Positions 62,867 to 64,000 of a DNA stretch of 64,000 nt are shown here, piece by piece; the stretch's first letter is position 1, and each line of letters opens with the position of its first letter. Location of the stretch: contig CAWJSJ010000002.1 of the NCBI GenBank assembly GCA_963845565.1, positions 2,624,001 through 2,688,000 on the forward strand, in the 5' to 3' direction. Made by a program: the position numbers and the translations under genes. The DNA is from an uncultured Methylomirabilota bacterium (GTDB taxonomy: Bacteria > Methylomirabilota > Methylomirabilia > Methylomirabilales > 2-02-FULL-66-22). The notes below the pieces were generated by a model. That model was not told where the DNA came from, ran no database searches, and saw nothing but the letters and a program-made list of their open reading frames with translations.

Positions 62867-63190
62867 CTACGGATTCCAGGGGAGCGAGAGCGGGAACAAG
62901 CCGCGGCCCAGGTAGTCGGCCAGGGTGAGGACGAAGAGGATGAGCAGCCAGAAGCCTCCGGCGCCGACGAAGATCCAGATCAGCCGGCTGCTGTACCGGA
63001 CGTGCATGAAGTAGAGGATCACCAGGAGGGCCTTGACCAGGGCGATGGTGATGGCCGCCGCCGCGTTCACGGCGTGCAGGCGGCCGCCGCCGAGATCGAA
63101 GAACGCCACGCCCACGGTGAGCCCGGTGAGCAGGATCAAGGCGGCGAAGATCCCCAGATAGAGTCGGAGGGAAACGGTTGGGTGCGTCAT
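62867..63190 (-). CDS. ctaF: cytochrome c oxidase subunit IV
   Basis: LILLTGLTV, KALLVILYFMHVRY, DY; ATGA overlap with subunit III. Confidence 0.9.
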   Translation of the reverse strand: MTHPTVSLRLYLGIFAALILLTGLTVGVAFFDLGGGRLHAVNAAAAITIALVKALLVILYFMHVRYSSRLIWIFVGAGGFWLLILFVLTLADYLGRGLFPLSLPWNP

Positions 63191-63834
63191 CCGTGTCGCG
63201 CCACCAGATAGAGGGTTGGGAACAGGAAGATCCAGACCACGTCCACGAAATGCCAGTAGAGCCCCGAGACTTCCACGGGCGTGAAGTAGGCTTCCGTGTA
63301 CTTCCCGCGCCAGGCGTTGACGAAGAGCCAGGCCAGCAGGCCGATGCCGACTACCATGTGGAGCGCGTGGACGCCGGTCATGGCGAAGTAGAACGAGAAG
63401 AACAGCTGGGCGGACTGGGCGTGCGGTCCGGCCAGGCCGAAGCCTGGACCCGGGACGAGGTGCTGCTCGAATTTGTGGGCGTACTCGAGCCCCTTGATCC
63501 CCAGAAACAGCGAGCCGAGGATCACCGTGAGGCCGAGGAAGAGCAGCTGCCCGTTCCGGTTCCCCTGCTGCGCGCTCCGCACGGCGAGCGCCATGGTCAG
63601 GCTGCTGCCCAGGAGCACCACGGTGTTGACCGTGCCCAGGGTGAGATCCAGGTGGCGGCTGCCCTCGGCAAACGCCTGGGCGTGGCCCAGGATGTACACG
63701 AAGAATCCGGCAAAGAGGCCGCCAAAGAACATGATCTCGGTGAGGAGGAAGGCCCACATGCCGAGGGTCGAGGCCTCGTACTGCTGCGTGGCGTCCTCGA
63801 ACTGGTGGGCAACCTGCGAGGCGTGCTCAGCCAC
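63187..63834 (-). CDS. ctaE: cytochrome c oxidase subunit III
   Basis: [40 protein letters not shown]. Confidence 0.95.
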   Translation of the reverse strand: MAEHASQVAHQFEDATQQYEASTLGMWAFLLTEIMFFGGLFAGFFVYILGHAQAFAEGSRHLDLTLGTVNTVVLLGSSLTMALAVRSAQQGNRNGQLLFLGLTVILGSLFLGIKGLEYAHKFEQHLVPGPGFGLAGPHAQSAQLFFSFYFAMTGVHALHMVVGIGLLAWLFVNAWRGKYTEAYFTPVEVSGLYWHFVDVVWIFLFPTLYLVARHG

Positions 63835-64000
63835 GGTGCCCCTCCGGCAAGGAGTCGTAGGCGTACGCCTCCTCGGTGACGACCGGGGTCCGGTCGAAGT
63901 TGAACGTCGGAGGCGGCGACGGCGTCTGCCACTCCAGCCCGGTGGCCCCCCACGGATTGTCGCCGGCCGGTTGTCCCTTGAACAGGGACCAGACGAGGTA
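63827..64000 (-). CDS. ctaD: cytochrome c oxidase subunit I, C-terminal fragment
   Basis: Manual translation [35 protein letters not shown]...AYAY ending at TGA 63827. Confidence 0.88.
   Translation of the reverse strand, partial: YLVWSLFKGQPAGDNPWGATGLEWQTPSPPPTFNFDRTPVVTEEAYAYDSLPEGHRG

Overview
High-GC bacterial chromosomal window with about 58 coding regions and no recognisable rRNA, tRNA, CRISPR array, integrase or transposase. Gene content loosely suggests Methylomirabilota (NC10/Rokubacteria) or a deltaproteobacterium-like lineage, which is inference only. In order, it holds: a partial B12-binding radical SAM gene; a small RHH-like regulator with an AT-rich operator; a cold-shock protein; a 2906-aa cyclic beta-1,2-glucan synthase; a four-gene Tat/Fe-S operon (DUF362, NapH-NapG-like polyferredoxin, Fe-S aldo/keto reductase, exported protein); several transporters; a secreted collagen/CBM/beta-propeller protein; glnS split by a +1 insertion; and a sigma54-type pilin locus. 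These are followed by a long ahbAB-ccmABCDEFGHI-mqnE-mqnC operon, tandem-PilZ, rtcB and Rieske genes, a hybrid T2SS/T4P cluster (gspF also split by a +1 insertion, with heptamer repeats in pseudopilin leaders), and ctaA/ctaB converging on the end of a cytochrome c oxidase operon. The best candidates for undescribed biology are the DUF362 Tat/Fe-S redox operon, possible heptamer phase variation of pseudopilins, a 50-bp TTA-flanked MITE-like element, a CX3C CcmG and an unannotated amphipathic 23-aa sORF. All family assignments come from motif recognition by eye; no searches were run.
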